This document shows positions 29,323-39,520 of a stretch of DNA of 64,000 nucleotides, in pieces. The number at the start of each line of letters is the position of its first letter. Position 1 is the first letter of the stretch. A model generated the notes under the pieces. It was not told the DNA's origin. It saw nothing but the letters and a program-made list of their open reading frames with translations, and made no database searches. The stretch covers positions 1,248,001 to 1,312,000 of the forward strand of contig OZ253580.1 of NCBI GenBank assembly GCA_965263035.1. The letters run 5' to 3'. Origin of the DNA: Acidobacteriota bacterium (GTDB lineage Bacteria; Acidobacteriota; UBA6911; RPQK01; JAJDTT01). Position numbers and translations under genes: made by a program.

Positions 29323-31938
29323 TCAGTGGTTCTCCGCAAACTCCCGCGAGCTGAGAATGGCCCACTGGAGGTCCCGAAGGGCCTGTCCGCGATCGGGGGT
29401 CCGGGCGATCAGAGTGGACAGTTCGTCCGATTCGGCCCGAATGGGATACCGGCTGAAGGCGGCCAGATAAAGATCCGCGATGATTTCGCCGTCGGAGGTC
29501 CCTCTCTGGAAATGGTCGTACACGCGGGACCCCTCGGCCCACAGCTTGTCGTTGTAGGTCGATCCCACCAGGATGTGCAGCGCCTGGCTCAGCATCGGCT
29601 CCGAGTCCCGCTCGGGTACCGAAAAGCGGGTGGGGCGTCCAAAAATATCCAGAAAGGAGGAGGCGTAGACGTCCGGTTCCTTCAGCTGAACCGCACGAGC
29701 GCCGCGGGGGGCCGCTCCGTCTCCGACGCCGGAGAAGGCGGGGACGGGAAAATGCTCCGGAACCCCCGTCACGTCGCAAATGGCGTCCAGCAGGATTTCG
29801 GCTTCCAAGGGACGCGAAGGGGCGTAAGCATAGGTCGGCAGGTCGGCCGGTTGCGTTCCCCGGTTGGAGCTGGAGAGTTGATAGGTCCGGGAACGCACGA
29901 TCATCCGGAACAGTTGTTTCAGATCGTAGTCGTTCTCTTCGAAGTACCGGGCCAGTTGCCTCAGCAGCTTCGGGTGGCTCGGCGGATTGTTGCTGCGGAA
30001 GTCGTCCACCGGCTCCACCAGGCCCCGGCCGAAGAAGTAGCTCCACATCCGATTGACGGCGGCCTCGGCGAAGTAGGGGTGGGAGGTCATCCAGCGGGCC
30101 AATTCGCCGCGGGGGTAGTTGGTGGGCGTGTGCGCCACCCGGGTCCCGTCCAGCAGCACCGGGTCGATCTCCTCGCCCGTGCGCGGGTTGCGCACGCGCT
30201 TGTCGTTGGGGCTGGGAACGTCCGGGGCCACTTCCATGCCGTTGGGGTGATCGAAAATCACCGACTCCGGATTCCCGCCCAGCTTGAACATGGAGCCGAA
30301 GAAGGCCGTCATCCCCCAGAACTGATTCTGGGTCCAACGCTCGTAGGGGTGATCATGGCACTGAGCGCAGTCCAGCCGGCGCCCCAGGAACACCCGCACC
30401 TGCTCACCCATCATGTTCTCCGGAGGGGGCACCACCAGGTAGGGCAGATAGTGGCGGGAAGCCGCACTGTACCCCTGGGACGAGACGCGCTCCCGGGCCA
30501 CCTCGTCATAGGGCCGGTTGCGCTCGACGGCATCCCGGATCCACTCCCAGTACGCCTGACTCCACTTGGCGTTGATGCCCAGGGCGAAGACCGACACGCG
30601 GAAGAGGTCGGCAAAACGAAAGGTCCAATAGTCCACGTACTCGGGAGACGCCAACAGAGCCTCGACGACTTGCTCCCGCTTGAGGGGGTCCGGGTCGGCC
30701 AGGAATTCCCGGACCCGGGCCACGGGAGGAATCCGGCCGGTCAGGTCGAGGCAGACCCGGCGCAGGAACTCCGAGTCGCTCGACGGCTCCGAGGGGACGA
30801 TATTGAACCGGCGGAGCTTGGCGAAGACCCGCTCATCGATGAAGTTGTGGGGGCGGAGTTCCGGATAGTCCGCCACCCGGTCGCCCACCACACCGATGTT
30901 CCCCAGGACCTCCTGGCCCGCTCCGCGCACCAGGACCGCCGTCTCGCCGCCGTTGCGAGCCGTCACCAGGCCGCTGGGAGAGATCGCGGCCACGGAACCG
31001 TGATTCACGTCGAATCGGACCCGGCCCGTGTAGTCCTCGACACTCCCGTCCGACAGATGGGCGCTCACCACCAGTTGCTGCCGCTCTCCCTGCCGCAGAA
31101 TCGCCTCCCGGGGGTACACCTCCATCTTGACCACCTTCACCCGTTCGGAGTCCTTCTCTCCGTAGGGGGAACCCTGGCGGATCCAGTCCATAAGCAGCGC
31201 GTATTCCTTCGACTCCGGGTCGATTAGCGGCCCGCCGACATGGGGGACCTGCATGGTGGGCTTCTGCAGGAGAAGGCTCTTCTCGGGCCGGTCCAGATCA
31301 ATTCGGGGGATTCTCGGCTCACCCGGCTCGTCGGTCAGGACCTGATACATCCCTCCTTGGACGATCCACTCGTAGTCCTGCCTGGGATGGGATCCGTTCA
31401 TCGACAGCTTGAAGCCCCCCCGGCCCTTGAGCCCGGAATGACATTCGGTCTGGTTGCAACCTCGCCGGGTCAGGACGGGGAGCACGTCGCGTGAGAAATG
31501 GAACGGCCTCGTCCGGTTCGAGTCCTCCACCCGTAGCCGGGCCTTGGCTTCATGTGTCCCGAGGACGGCCGTGACTTCGGTCTCACCGTCGGCGACGGCG
31601 ACGATCCGCCCCCCCTCCTGCGGCTGCGCCACGTTGGGGTCCGAGAGAGAAAACGAGGCCTGAGCCGTCAGGTCCTTCCGGCTGCCGTCGGACAGCGTGC
31701 CCATCAGCAGGTACTGCTGAATGGCGTTCTCGCCTCGCAGAGTCCGCTCTTCGGGATACAGGTGCACACCGACGATCGAGGCGTCGAACGAAGCCTCGGC
31801 CGCTGGAGACCCGACGGCGGCGAAGACCGCGGGTGGGGGTCCCGTCCCGCCGGCCGCGGACAGACCTGCAGCCATGCTCACGATCCAGCAGAGGCCGCGG
31901 CGGCCAACCCAACCATTCAAGCCCGGGGATGAACTCAT
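29323..31938 (-). CDS. DUF1549/DUF1553 protein with Ig-like domains
   Basis: GCNQTECH, NFIDERVF, FLRRVCLDLTG, CAQCHDHPYERW, GRGLVEPVDD, DLQWAILSSREF. Confidence 0.88.
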   Translation of the reverse strand: MSSSPGLNGWVGRRGLCWIVSMAAGLSAAGGTGPPPAVFAAVGSPAAEASFDASIVGVHLYPEERTLRGENAIQQYLLMGTLSDGSRKDLTAQASFSLSDPNVAQPQEGGRIVAVADGETEVTAVLGTHEAKARLRVEDSNRTRPFHFSRDVLPVLTRRGCNQTECHSGLKGRGGFKLSMNGSHPRQDYEWIVQGGMYQVLTDEPGEPRIPRIDLDRPEKSLLLQKPTMQVPHVGGPLIDPESKEYALLMDWIRQGSPYGEKDSERVKVVKMEVYPREAILRQGERQQLVVSAHLSDGSVEDYTGRVRFDVNHGSVAAISPSGLVTARNGGETAVLVRGAGQEVLGNIGVVGDRVADYPELRPHNFIDERVFAKLRRFNIVPSEPSSDSEFLRRVCLDLTGRIPPVARVREFLADPDPLKREQVVEALLASPEYVDYWTFRFADLFRVSVFALGINAKWSQAYWEWIRDAVERNRPYDEVARERVSSQGYSAASRHYLPYLVVPPPENMMGEQVRVFLGRRLDCAQCHDHPYERWTQNQFWGMTAFFGSMFKLGGNPESVIFDHPNGMEVAPDVPSPNDKRVRNPRTGEEIDPVLLDGTRVAHTPTNYPRGELARWMTSHPYFAEAAVNRMWSYFFGRGLVEPVDDFRSNNPPSHPKLLRQLARYFEENDYDLKQLFRMIVRSRTYQLSSSNRGTQPADLPTYAYAPSRPLEAEILLDAICDVTGVPEHFPVPAFSGVGDGAAPRGARAVQLKEPDVYASSFLDIFGRPTRFSVPERDSEPMLSQALHILVGSTYNDKLWAEGSRVYDHFQRGTSDGEIIADLYLAAFSRYPIRAESDELSTLIARTPDRGQALRDLQWAILSSREFAENH

Positions 31939-31942
31939 TCCC

Positions 31943-33796
31943 TCACTCCTCTCGGTGCGCCTCTCTGGTGGGGAGCACCATGACGAACAGGTCCTTGACC
32001 GGCGTGACGGGGCCCAGCAGACCCTCCACCACTGGCCGGGCCGCGACCCGGACGGTGACCGGACGGGCAGTCGCCGGCGCGTCCGGGGAGACGACCAGCA
32101 ACAGAGTTGCCTTCTTGTTTCTGGCTATGTACCGATCTTCGCGGCCCCGATTGATGGGCGGCGGCTGGACCGGCTCGGTCTCGGTGGCAGTCATCGCCTC
32201 GACTCCGGGGGGAACGCCCTCCATGGTCAGCATGATGGCCCCCTCGAAACCCTCCTCTTGATCCGTGATCACGTTCACCGTGCCGGCCCTTCCCGCTTCC
32301 AGGTTCAGGACCTCGTCCTCGATGTGGATCTTCCCCATGTGCGGCACCTGGGGACGGACCAGCACCCGGTAGCTCATCCGCCCGTCTCCATAGGTGGCCG
32401 TAATGTCCCGGATCTCCAGAGTGAAATCGCCGGCCCTGGGAAACGCATGCGTGGTCTTGGGATGGATCTGTTTCTGGATCTCGGTGTTGGAGTTGAGGAA
32501 GGAATGAACGTTGGTCACGACCTCCACGCCGTCGGCGTCGACGAGTTTCAGATAGGGATTGAAAAGGGGCATCGTCTTGTCCGGGGTCTCCACCTCAAGT
32601 GCGATGCGGTCTCCCACCGCCGCGGAAAAGCGGACCCGATGGATCTCGCCGGGCCGCTGGAGGACGCCGGTCAGCAGGGTGGGCAGGGTGATTCGAACCG
32701 GCTCCGGTCCGGCCGGCTCCTGGGGGCCCAAGCGAACCTCGGGGATGGGAGCGAAGGGGTCCGGCCGCGGCTCATTGGGGACATCCGTTTCTCCAGCATT
32801 CGACTCCTTGTCCGGCCGCCGCGCCAGCGAGGGCACGGCGCGGGTCCAGAGGGCCTTCATGCGGTCCTGCGCCAAGGTCCGAGTCCAGCTGCGCTCCTCC
32901 CAATCCTTCGGATCCGGTTCGCTGCGTTTTGCGGATTCGGCCGGCGCGGCGCGATCCGGTTCCGGGACGACCCGCAGAAGATACGCGTGGTCGGGGCTGG
33001 CCGTGCCCCTGAAACTGCTCACCCGGACGAAATAGGTTCCCGGTTTTTCGAACTGGTGGCTCAAGGCCGGCTCCGTGCTCGACCCGGGGTAGGAGACATC
33101 CTCCTCGTGAAAGGCCAAGCGCCGGGTGCCTTCAGGGTCGAACCAGCCGGCGGCCTTCTCGTAGAGCGTGATGGCCGGGTCCAGGGCCGGACTGGATTGG
33201 ACTCGGAGCCGCATTCTGGTTCCGGCAGGCACCTTGAACGAATAGTCGTCCACTTCGCCCACGCGGGTGATCCGGCCGTGGACCACGAGGGGATACGGGT
33301 TCAGGGCCTCGGCACCGTCGGGGAGCTGGTGAACATCTTCCGCTTCCCACTGAGCCGGCGCCCGGTGCACCCAGAAGGGGAGCGCGTTGGACAGGCCGCC
33401 CGGGGTCACCACGCGCAGCCGGCGTTCGCCCGGCTTCTCTCGTGAATCGATCCGGACCCGGAGCGTCAGCAGGTCCGCCTGGGATTCGGGGGGCGATTCC
33501 GCGTCCGCTGCCTCTCCACTCTCGGTCTCACGGCTCACGATTTCGGCAGTCAGACCCGAAGAGTCGAACCAGACCGCTCGAGCCGAAGCCAGATGCTTTC
33601 CCCGAACCGCGACTTGAACCTGGGAATCCGGCCGTCCTCCCAGGGGAAACACGGAGGACAGGGTCGGCTCGGGGAGAGGTCCGGCACCGGCGGGAACGCT
33701 CGACAGGGCAACGAGGACTGCCATCAAAACGGAAGAAAGGATCACCGGAACGAGCGGCCGTGCCGCAACGCCCAGACCTGTTCTGCTGAGTTTCAC
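31943..33796 (-). CDS. Secreted PPC (pre-peptidase C-terminal) domain protein
   Basis: SVFPLGG, RVVTPGGLSNALPF, GEVDDYSF; typical neighbour of DUF1549/DUF1501 genes. Confidence 0.75.
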   Translation of the reverse strand: MKLSRTGLGVAARPLVPVILSSVLMAVLVALSSVPAGAGPLPEPTLSSVFPLGGRPDSQVQVAVRGKHLASARAVWFDSSGLTAEIVSRETESGEAADAESPPESQADLLTLRVRIDSREKPGERRLRVVTPGGLSNALPFWVHRAPAQWEAEDVHQLPDGAEALNPYPLVVHGRITRVGEVDDYSFKVPAGTRMRLRVQSSPALDPAITLYEKAAGWFDPEGTRRLAFHEEDVSYPGSSTEPALSHQFEKPGTYFVRVSSFRGTASPDHAYLLRVVPEPDRAAPAESAKRSEPDPKDWEERSWTRTLAQDRMKALWTRAVPSLARRPDKESNAGETDVPNEPRPDPFAPIPEVRLGPQEPAGPEPVRITLPTLLTGVLQRPGEIHRVRFSAAVGDRIALEVETPDKTMPLFNPYLKLVDADGVEVVTNVHSFLNSNTEIQKQIHPKTTHAFPRAGDFTLEIRDITATYGDGRMSYRVLVRPQVPHMGKIHIEDEVLNLEAGRAGTVNVITDQEEGFEGAIMLTMEGVPPGVEAMTATETEPVQPPPINRGREDRYIARNKKATLLLVVSPDAPATARPVTVRVAARPVVEGLLGPVTPVKDLFVMVLPTREAHREE

Positions 33797-34018
33797 TGTG
33801 ATCCAACCCCGCCGAGATACCGTATTTCCGCCCGATTTTAGTGATTCAGGCGGCCACGAGTCAATTTGACGCCGGAGAGGGAGGCTGAAACATCGCAGCC
33901 GCTCATTCGTTCCATATGGATGTGTGGAGCGAGGAGAAACGACGAGGCGGACGTCGGGAAACAGCGCCGAGGCCTAATGGAGGCCGGCGCGTAACCCAAG
34001 GAAGGAGCGAGTAACGTC

Positions 34019-34828
34019 ATGAGCATGAAACAACCGAAATTCTGGATCGCCGGGCTGCTGGGAGTCACCCTTCTGGGAGGCACCCTCGCCGCTCTCCACA
34101 GTCAACAGGCCGGGCCTGGGCGCAGGGCTTTCCGAGGGGCCGGCCTTCCTCCCGACCGGGCTCTGAAGCGGCTCGGGTTGACCGAGGAGCAGAGGGCCGA
34201 GGTCAAGAAGCTGCGCGAGAGCCACACGGCCGCGATGTCTTCTCTCCGCAAGAAGGGAGACGGCATCCGAACCCAACTGCGGGAGAAACTGGGGACGGAG
34301 GAGTCTTCCGCCGCCCAGGTCGGCGAACTCGTCAAAGAGGGGCACGACTTGAGGCAGCAGATTCGGAAGGCACGGCAATCCGCGCGGAAATCTTTGTCCG
34401 ATCTGCTGACGGCGGAACAGCGGGAGAAGATTCAACGAGGACACGAGCGCAGGGCTCGCCGGTGGCCCGCCCTTCCTCCCGACCGGGCTCTGGAGCGGCT
34501 CGGGCTGACCGAGGAGCAGAGGGCCGAGGTCGAGAAGCTGCGCGAGAGCCACACGGCCGCGATGTCTTCTCTCCGCAAGAAGGGAGACGGCATCCAAACC
34601 CGGTTGCAGGAGCAATTGGAAAGGGAGGAGTCTTCCCCCGCCAAGGTCGGTGAACTCGTCATCGAGGGACGGGACGTGAGGCAGAAAATCCGAAAGGCCC
34701 GGCAGTCCGTGCGCGAGTCCTTTTCGGCAGTGCTCACGGAGGAACAACTGGAAAAGATCGAGAAGTTTCGCGATCGGAGAGGACGACCCGGAGCTCGCCG
34801 CGGAAACCGGCCCGGCAGGAGACTCTGA
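34019..34828 (+). CDS. Spy/CpxP-family periplasmic protein with duplicated domain
   Basis: Signal peptide, LGLTEEQ...LTAEQ twice, DNA repeat period 327 bp. Confidence 0.8.
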   Translation: MSMKQPKFWIAGLLGVTLLGGTLAALHSQQAGPGRRAFRGAGLPPDRALKRLGLTEEQRAEVKKLRESHTAAMSSLRKKGDGIRTQLREKLGTEESSAAQVGELVKEGHDLRQQIRKARQSARKSLSDLLTAEQREKIQRGHERRARRWPALPPDRALERLGLTEEQRAEVEKLRESHTAAMSSLRKKGDGIQTRLQEQLEREESSPAKVGELVIEGRDVRQKIRKARQSVRESFSAVLTEEQLEKIEKFRDRRGRPGARRGNRPGRRL

Positions 34829-35062
34829 TTCGAAGCCTGGTGGCCGCCGATCGACTGGTCGGCGGCCACCGGCTGCAGTCTGCAACCTGCCCACGACCCC
34901 GACTTTCCTGATTCCCCCCTTCTTTTCTGACAAGGCAGTTCCCACACCGGCCGCCGCCCGTGGGTTCGACGGCCAGCCCACGACCCTTTGTATTGTAATT
35001 TACGAGTTAAAATACAATAATGTGTATCGTTATTGTTCCCTCGCGAATAGGAACTACCCATC

Positions 35063-36229
35063 ATGCGACGCGGCGAAATCGGCAGCTACAGAGTGACGAA
35101 GATCGGTGGTGAAATTATTCGTGCCTTCGTGCCGGTGCCGTTGCCACCGAAACCCGCTCTGGTCCTGGATGGCTCACTGCAGCAAGCGCTTGAAGCAACC
35201 GCCGTTGCTTTGGGACGTCTCGACAGTATCGCGACATTCCTGCCGTACAAGGCGCTATTTCTGTACGCCTTTGTGCGAAAGGAAGCGGTCCTCTCCTCCC
35301 AGATCGAAGGCACGCAGTCATCCCTGTCGGATCTTTTTCTCTTTGAGCTGGCTGAAGCACCCGGGGCTCCGCTTGACGATGTGCGCCAAGTGTCCAACTA
35401 CGTGGCTGCTCTCGAGCACGGTCTGCGGCGCCTGCGAGAGGGTTTCCCGCTGTCGAACCGCCTGATCCGGGAGATTCACGGCGTATTGTTGTCCCGTGGG
35501 CGCGGCAGCACCAAGACGCCGGGAGAATTCCGCCGTTCGCAGAACTGGATCGGTGGAACCCGTCCTGGCAATGCGGCGTTCGTGCCGCCTCCACATACCG
35601 AGGTTCCGGACTGCATGACGGCGCTGGAGCGCTTCCTTCACACCGAAGACGACGGCATTGCGGTCCTGCTGCGGGCAGCCTTCGCCCACTTGCAATTCGA
35701 GACCATTCACCCCTTTCTCGACGGCAACGGACGCGTCGGACGGTTGCTCATCACTTTGCTGCTGTACCACGGCGGCGTCCTCCACGAGCCGCTCCTCTTC
35801 CTGAGCCTGTACTTCAAACAACACAGGAACACGTACTACGACCTGCTGACCAGCGTCCGCCAGACGGGAGACTGGGAGGCATGGCTCGCCTTTTTCCTCG
35901 AAGGAGTGAAGCTGACGGCCGAGGTTGCCGTCTCGACCGCCCAACGCCTGTCCCGGGTGTTCCAGAGCGACCGAAGCCTTATCGAAGCGGCCGCAGGCCG
36001 GAGGACGGGGTCAGCGCTGCGCGTCCACGAAGCGCTCAAGTCGAAGCCGATGTTGTCGCTGCCCGCGGCAGCCCGACAGACCAAGCTGTCTTTTCACGCG
36101 GCGGCTTCGGCGATGGATCTTCTGGCCGCACAGGGTATTGCAAGAGAGATCACCGGAAAGCGCCGGGGCCGGCTGTACGCCTACGACCGGTATCTTGCCA
36201 TCCTCGGAGAAGGAGCCGAAACTCCGTGA
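35063..36229 (+). CDS. Fic-family protein (class II type)
   Basis: HPFLDGNGRVGR and inhibitory SSQIEGT motif. Confidence 0.9.
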   Translation: MRRGEIGSYRVTKIGGEIIRAFVPVPLPPKPALVLDGSLQQALEATAVALGRLDSIATFLPYKALFLYAFVRKEAVLSSQIEGTQSSLSDLFLFELAEAPGAPLDDVRQVSNYVAALEHGLRRLREGFPLSNRLIREIHGVLLSRGRGSTKTPGEFRRSQNWIGGTRPGNAAFVPPPHTEVPDCMTALERFLHTEDDGIAVLLRAAFAHLQFETIHPFLDGNGRVGRLLITLLLYHGGVLHEPLLFLSLYFKQHRNTYYDLLTSVRQTGDWEAWLAFFLEGVKLTAEVAVSTAQRLSRVFQSDRSLIEAAAGRRTGSALRVHEALKSKPMLSLPAAARQTKLSFHAAASAMDLLAAQGIAREITGKRRGRLYAYDRYLAILGEGAETP

Positions 36230-36858
36230 CGCCACTACAGTTCGTGGAGGCTCTGCGGGAACAGAGTCTTGAGAACACGTTCAACCCGTATTCGGAACGG
36301 TGCGACCGGTACGACCGGAATGATGCACCGCAACTCCGTTCAAAGGCGTTGCGATCCATGCTCGAGACGGCGACGGAACGGGAGGTCGATTCCCTATGGA
36401 TCGGACGCGACCCCGGTCATCGGGGCGGACGGCGGACGGGACTCGCCTTTACGGACGACCTCCACATTCACGAGCACGCTGAACGCTGGGGGCTGTCGAT
36501 ACGGCGGCCAACCAAAGGTGAGGAAGTTTATGAGCAGACCGCTTCCGTCATCTGGAAGGCTCTCTCGCGAATCGAGTCGCCGGTTTTCTTGTGGAACGTC
36601 TTCCCCCTGCACCCCCACAAGCCGGGAAATCCCTTCAGCAATCGACCTCACAACGCCCACGAACGCAGAATCGGCGAGAAGTTTCTTTCTGAACTCATCC
36701 TGCTCCTGCAACCGCGCCGGCTGATTGCCATCGGCAATGACGCGGCGAAAACGGCTCGCCGCCTGGGCGATCGGCGGAAGGTCATTCAAGTCCGGCATCC
36801 CAGCCACGGAGGCCAGACGAAGTTTCTAGGCCAGATCGTGGAGTCGCACTTTCAATAA
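36226..36858 (+). CDS. Uracil-DNA glycosylase superfamily protein
   Basis: FNPY, GRDPGHRGGRRTGLAFTDD, WNVFPLHPH, VRHPSHGG. GTGA overlap with fic. Confidence 0.8.
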   Translation: MTPLQFVEALREQSLENTFNPYSERCDRYDRNDAPQLRSKALRSMLETATEREVDSLWIGRDPGHRGGRRTGLAFTDDLHIHEHAERWGLSIRRPTKGEEVYEQTASVIWKALSRIESPVFLWNVFPLHPHKPGNPFSNRPHNAHERRIGEKFLSELILLLQPRRLIAIGNDAAKTARRLGDRRKVIQVRHPSHGGQTKFLGQIVESHFQ

Positions 36859-36925
36859 AATAGGGAACTCACCCCAGACAAAGGCTCAACCCTTCGACAT
36901 TGCGTAGATACGAATCATTCCGTAT

Positions 36926-36956
36926 ACTGTGAATCACAGTAACTGTGACACTGTGA
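36926..36956. promoter_or_regulatory. Putative TA operator, four ACTGTGA boxes
   Basis: ACTGTGA-a-TCACAGT-a-ACTGTGA-c-ACTGTGA immediately before the antitoxin start. Confidence 0.65.
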
Positions 36957-36963
36957 GTCCAAC

Positions 36964-37227
36964 GTGAAAAACATAACCGTGTCCGTAGACGAAGAAACCT
37001 ACCGGCTGTCGCGCGTCAAGGCGGCAGAAGAAGGAACTTCGGTGTCGGCACTGGTCCGCGCCTACTTGGTCGAACTGGTTCAGGGTGGCATCGCCGAGAC
37101 CCAATTCGACCGCCTGCGCCGGCTGCAGGACGAGACGTTGGAGTCCATTCGCTCTCGAGGAGCGGGCTTGAGCTCCGCCGACAACCTTTCCCGGGGTGCG
37201 CTTCACGACCGCGATGCGCTTCCTTGA
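36964..37227 (+). CDS. RHH/CopG-type antitoxin
   Basis: MKNITVSVDEETYRLSRVKAAEEGTSVSALVRAYL...LSRGALHDR. Confidence 0.82.
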   Translation: MKNITVSVDEETYRLSRVKAAEEGTSVSALVRAYLVELVQGGIAETQFDRLRRLQDETLESIRSRGAGLSSADNLSRGALHDRDALP

Positions 37228-37633
37228 CACGAACGTCCTGATTTATGCCGTCAGTGCCGCCTCCGAAGATGCGGGCAAGCGGCGACGAGCCCTCGAACTG
37301 CTGGCGGGAAGAAATCTCGCATTGTCTGTTCAAGTCCTGCAGGAATTCTATGTTCAGGCTACCCGAGCCTCACGTCCCGGAGCGCTGACGCATGATGAGG
37401 CGGTGGCCTTCACCGAATCCCTGCAGCGATTCCCGGTTCAGGCAAACACCCTCGACGTCATGTGGGCGGCGTTCATCATCCGAGCGCGGTTCGGCCTGTC
37501 CTATTGGGACAGCTCCATCATTGCCGCAGCACATTTGTGCGGGTGCCGAATCGTATATTCCGAAGACCTGAGCACCGAACAGGATTACGACGGTGTACGT
37601 GTAGTCAATCCGTTCGCTTATTTACGAATGTAA
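37214..37633 (+). CDS. PIN-domain toxin
   Basis: FLDTNVLIYA, QVLQEF, SYWDSSI, YSEDL, VVNPF. Confidence 0.88.
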   Translation: MRFLDTNVLIYAVSAASEDAGKRRRALELLAGRNLALSVQVLQEFYVQATRASRPGALTHDEAVAFTESLQRFPVQANTLDVMWAAFIIRARFGLSYWDSSIIAAAHLCGCRIVYSEDLSTEQDYDGVRVVNPFAYLRM

Positions 37634-37798
37634 ACCCGGTTTCCGCTGCCCCTGAACGAGATCGCTGGGAGTCCCTCCACTGGTCAGGTTAAAGCGAATT
37701 CCTGGAAGAAATAGAGAACCGAGGGTTGGCGCCCGGAGTAGCGGTTTTCTTGCCGCCTGACTACGAACGGGATATCAGCCTGAATCGCAAGGGAAGAA

Positions 37799-37820
37799 GG
37801 GGGGACAAGAACGTCCCCCC
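37799..37820. terminator. Hairpin between convergent genes (terminator or REP-like)
   Basis: GGGGGGAC-aagaac-GTCCCCCC. Confidence 0.4.
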
Positions 37821-37830
37821 TCCCAGCGTC

Positions 37831-39420
37831 CTAATGAAACTGCAACGAGAAGAGGTCGCCGTCGCGGATTTCGAACTTCATCCGAATCGTCTGGCCGGCC
37901 AGGGCGGACAGGTCGGAACCGCCCTTCCACTTGACGGTCCGCTGGAGCTCGTCGCCGAAGATGAGCTTGCAATCGTCCAGGCCATAGCCGTCCAGGGGAT
38001 CTCCCCGCTCGTCCTGGATCTCGACCCGGAGGCTTCCCGCGGCCGACGTGGAGTAGTTCAACGTGAGCCGGGAGCCTGAGAACCGGAACGGCCGGGTCCG
38101 GACGGTGCCGCCCTGAAAGTTGCCCTGCAGGGAGACAAACCCGTCCTGGCGCAGCACACCGCGCCGGATCTTGACCGACTGGGTCCCGTAGTTCTCCACG
38201 TAGTAGAGGGACATCTCGCCGTCGCCGGTGGGAACCAGGGTCGGCCCCACCTCGATGGCCCTGCCGTGCCAGTTCCGGACGTCTCGCCCGGGACGGATGA
38301 AGGCCTCGCGGAATCTCGTGAACCGGATGCCGTCCCGGCTGAACATGAAGACGATGTCCGAGAGTCCGGCGCAACCGTAGATCCAGGTGATACCCGGCAC
38401 CTCCATATCGGAGCAGTCGGGCTCGTTTCCTCTGGGGTCCATGTAGACGTGGGGCCAAGCCGGGTCGAAGACCCGCTCGGGCAGGAACCGCTTGGGAAAC
38501 ATGAGCATCAGGTCGGGTCTTCGATAGTAGGGAACGGCGGCATTTTTGTAGAGATGCTCCTCGGGCGTGCTCCGGTACTGGAGATACTCAGGCTCGGACC
38601 AGTTCCGGAAGTCCTTGGAGACGAATCTCCGAATGTCCCGGATCCTGGGCACGGTGAACTCGGTCCCCGAGGGCAACTGGCCCGTGACGTGATAGAGCTC
38701 CTTGCGGACGGTCTTGGAGCCATACGGCACGCTTCCCCGACGGTACCAGCCCCGGGCATAGATGGCATAGTGTCCGCGTCCCGGGTCCCAGAGGCCGATG
38801 TTGTGCGAGTCCAGTGCCCCGTCTTCCCACGGCGGCTGCAGCAGCTTCTGCTCCCGGATCAGGCGCCATCTCAGCCCGTCGGGAGAGACCAGGCCGAAGA
38901 TGACCGGCCGGTCGTGGTCGGCGCCCGGCTCCTTGCCGGTGGCGATGGACTTGTAGCGCTCGTCCGGCGGCGTCTGCGGGTTGGGGTCCTTGAAAATGGC
39001 GAGGGTGGAGCAGGTGACTCCCGGAATCGGCCAGACCAGATTGTTTCTCTTGGAGCCCTTGAATTCGATGAGGTTCAGTTCCGGCTTGACCCAGTGGATG
39101 CCGTCGACGCTCTCGGCGTAGGCCCAGAGGTGGGGCCGAGAGGGGCCGCCCCCCCGGTACCACATGCGGTAGAGCGACCCGTCCTTCATGACACTGGGAT
39201 CGTACAGATAGAGTCCCTCCCAGGCGCGATCCAGTTGGATGGCCACTTCCGCGGCGCGGGGCCGATGCAGCTGCCGAAAAACGCCGTCCAGCGAATCCAC
39301 CAGCCAGTCGTCCACGAAGAGCTGGAGGTCGACCCCCACGTCACGCACTTCGCGTCCGTCGGCTCCTTGCACCGAAGCGGCCAGAAACAGAGTGAAAATC
39401 GCTCGGAGGGTGACCTGCAT
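37831..39420 (-). CDS. Secreted five-bladed beta-propeller (glycoside-hydrolase-like) protein
   Basis: Signal peptide, LQLFVDD, SVDG/SPDG/SRDG, DGFVSL, DLFSLQF. Paralog of 14491. Confidence 0.72.
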   Translation of the reverse strand: MQVTLRAIFTLFLAASVQGADGREVRDVGVDLQLFVDDWLVDSLDGVFRQLHRPRAAEVAIQLDRAWEGLYLYDPSVMKDGSLYRMWYRGGGPSRPHLWAYAESVDGIHWVKPELNLIEFKGSKRNNLVWPIPGVTCSTLAIFKDPNPQTPPDERYKSIATGKEPGADHDRPVIFGLVSPDGLRWRLIREQKLLQPPWEDGALDSHNIGLWDPGRGHYAIYARGWYRRGSVPYGSKTVRKELYHVTGQLPSGTEFTVPRIRDIRRFVSKDFRNWSEPEYLQYRSTPEEHLYKNAAVPYYRRPDLMLMFPKRFLPERVFDPAWPHVYMDPRGNEPDCSDMEVPGITWIYGCAGLSDIVFMFSRDGIRFTRFREAFIRPGRDVRNWHGRAIEVGPTLVPTGDGEMSLYYVENYGTQSVKIRRGVLRQDGFVSLQGNFQGGTVRTRPFRFSGSRLTLNYSTSAAGSLRVEIQDERGDPLDGYGLDDCKLIFGDELQRTVKWKGGSDLSALAGQTIRMKFEIRDGDLFSLQFH

Positions 39421-39520
39421 GTCCGCTATTCTCCATACTATTACCGACTGCGTCCAGAGAGCGCCCATCGGGGCCTTGCCGAGCAACAGAGGAGACCGAA
39501 ACGAGGGAACGATCCGAACC

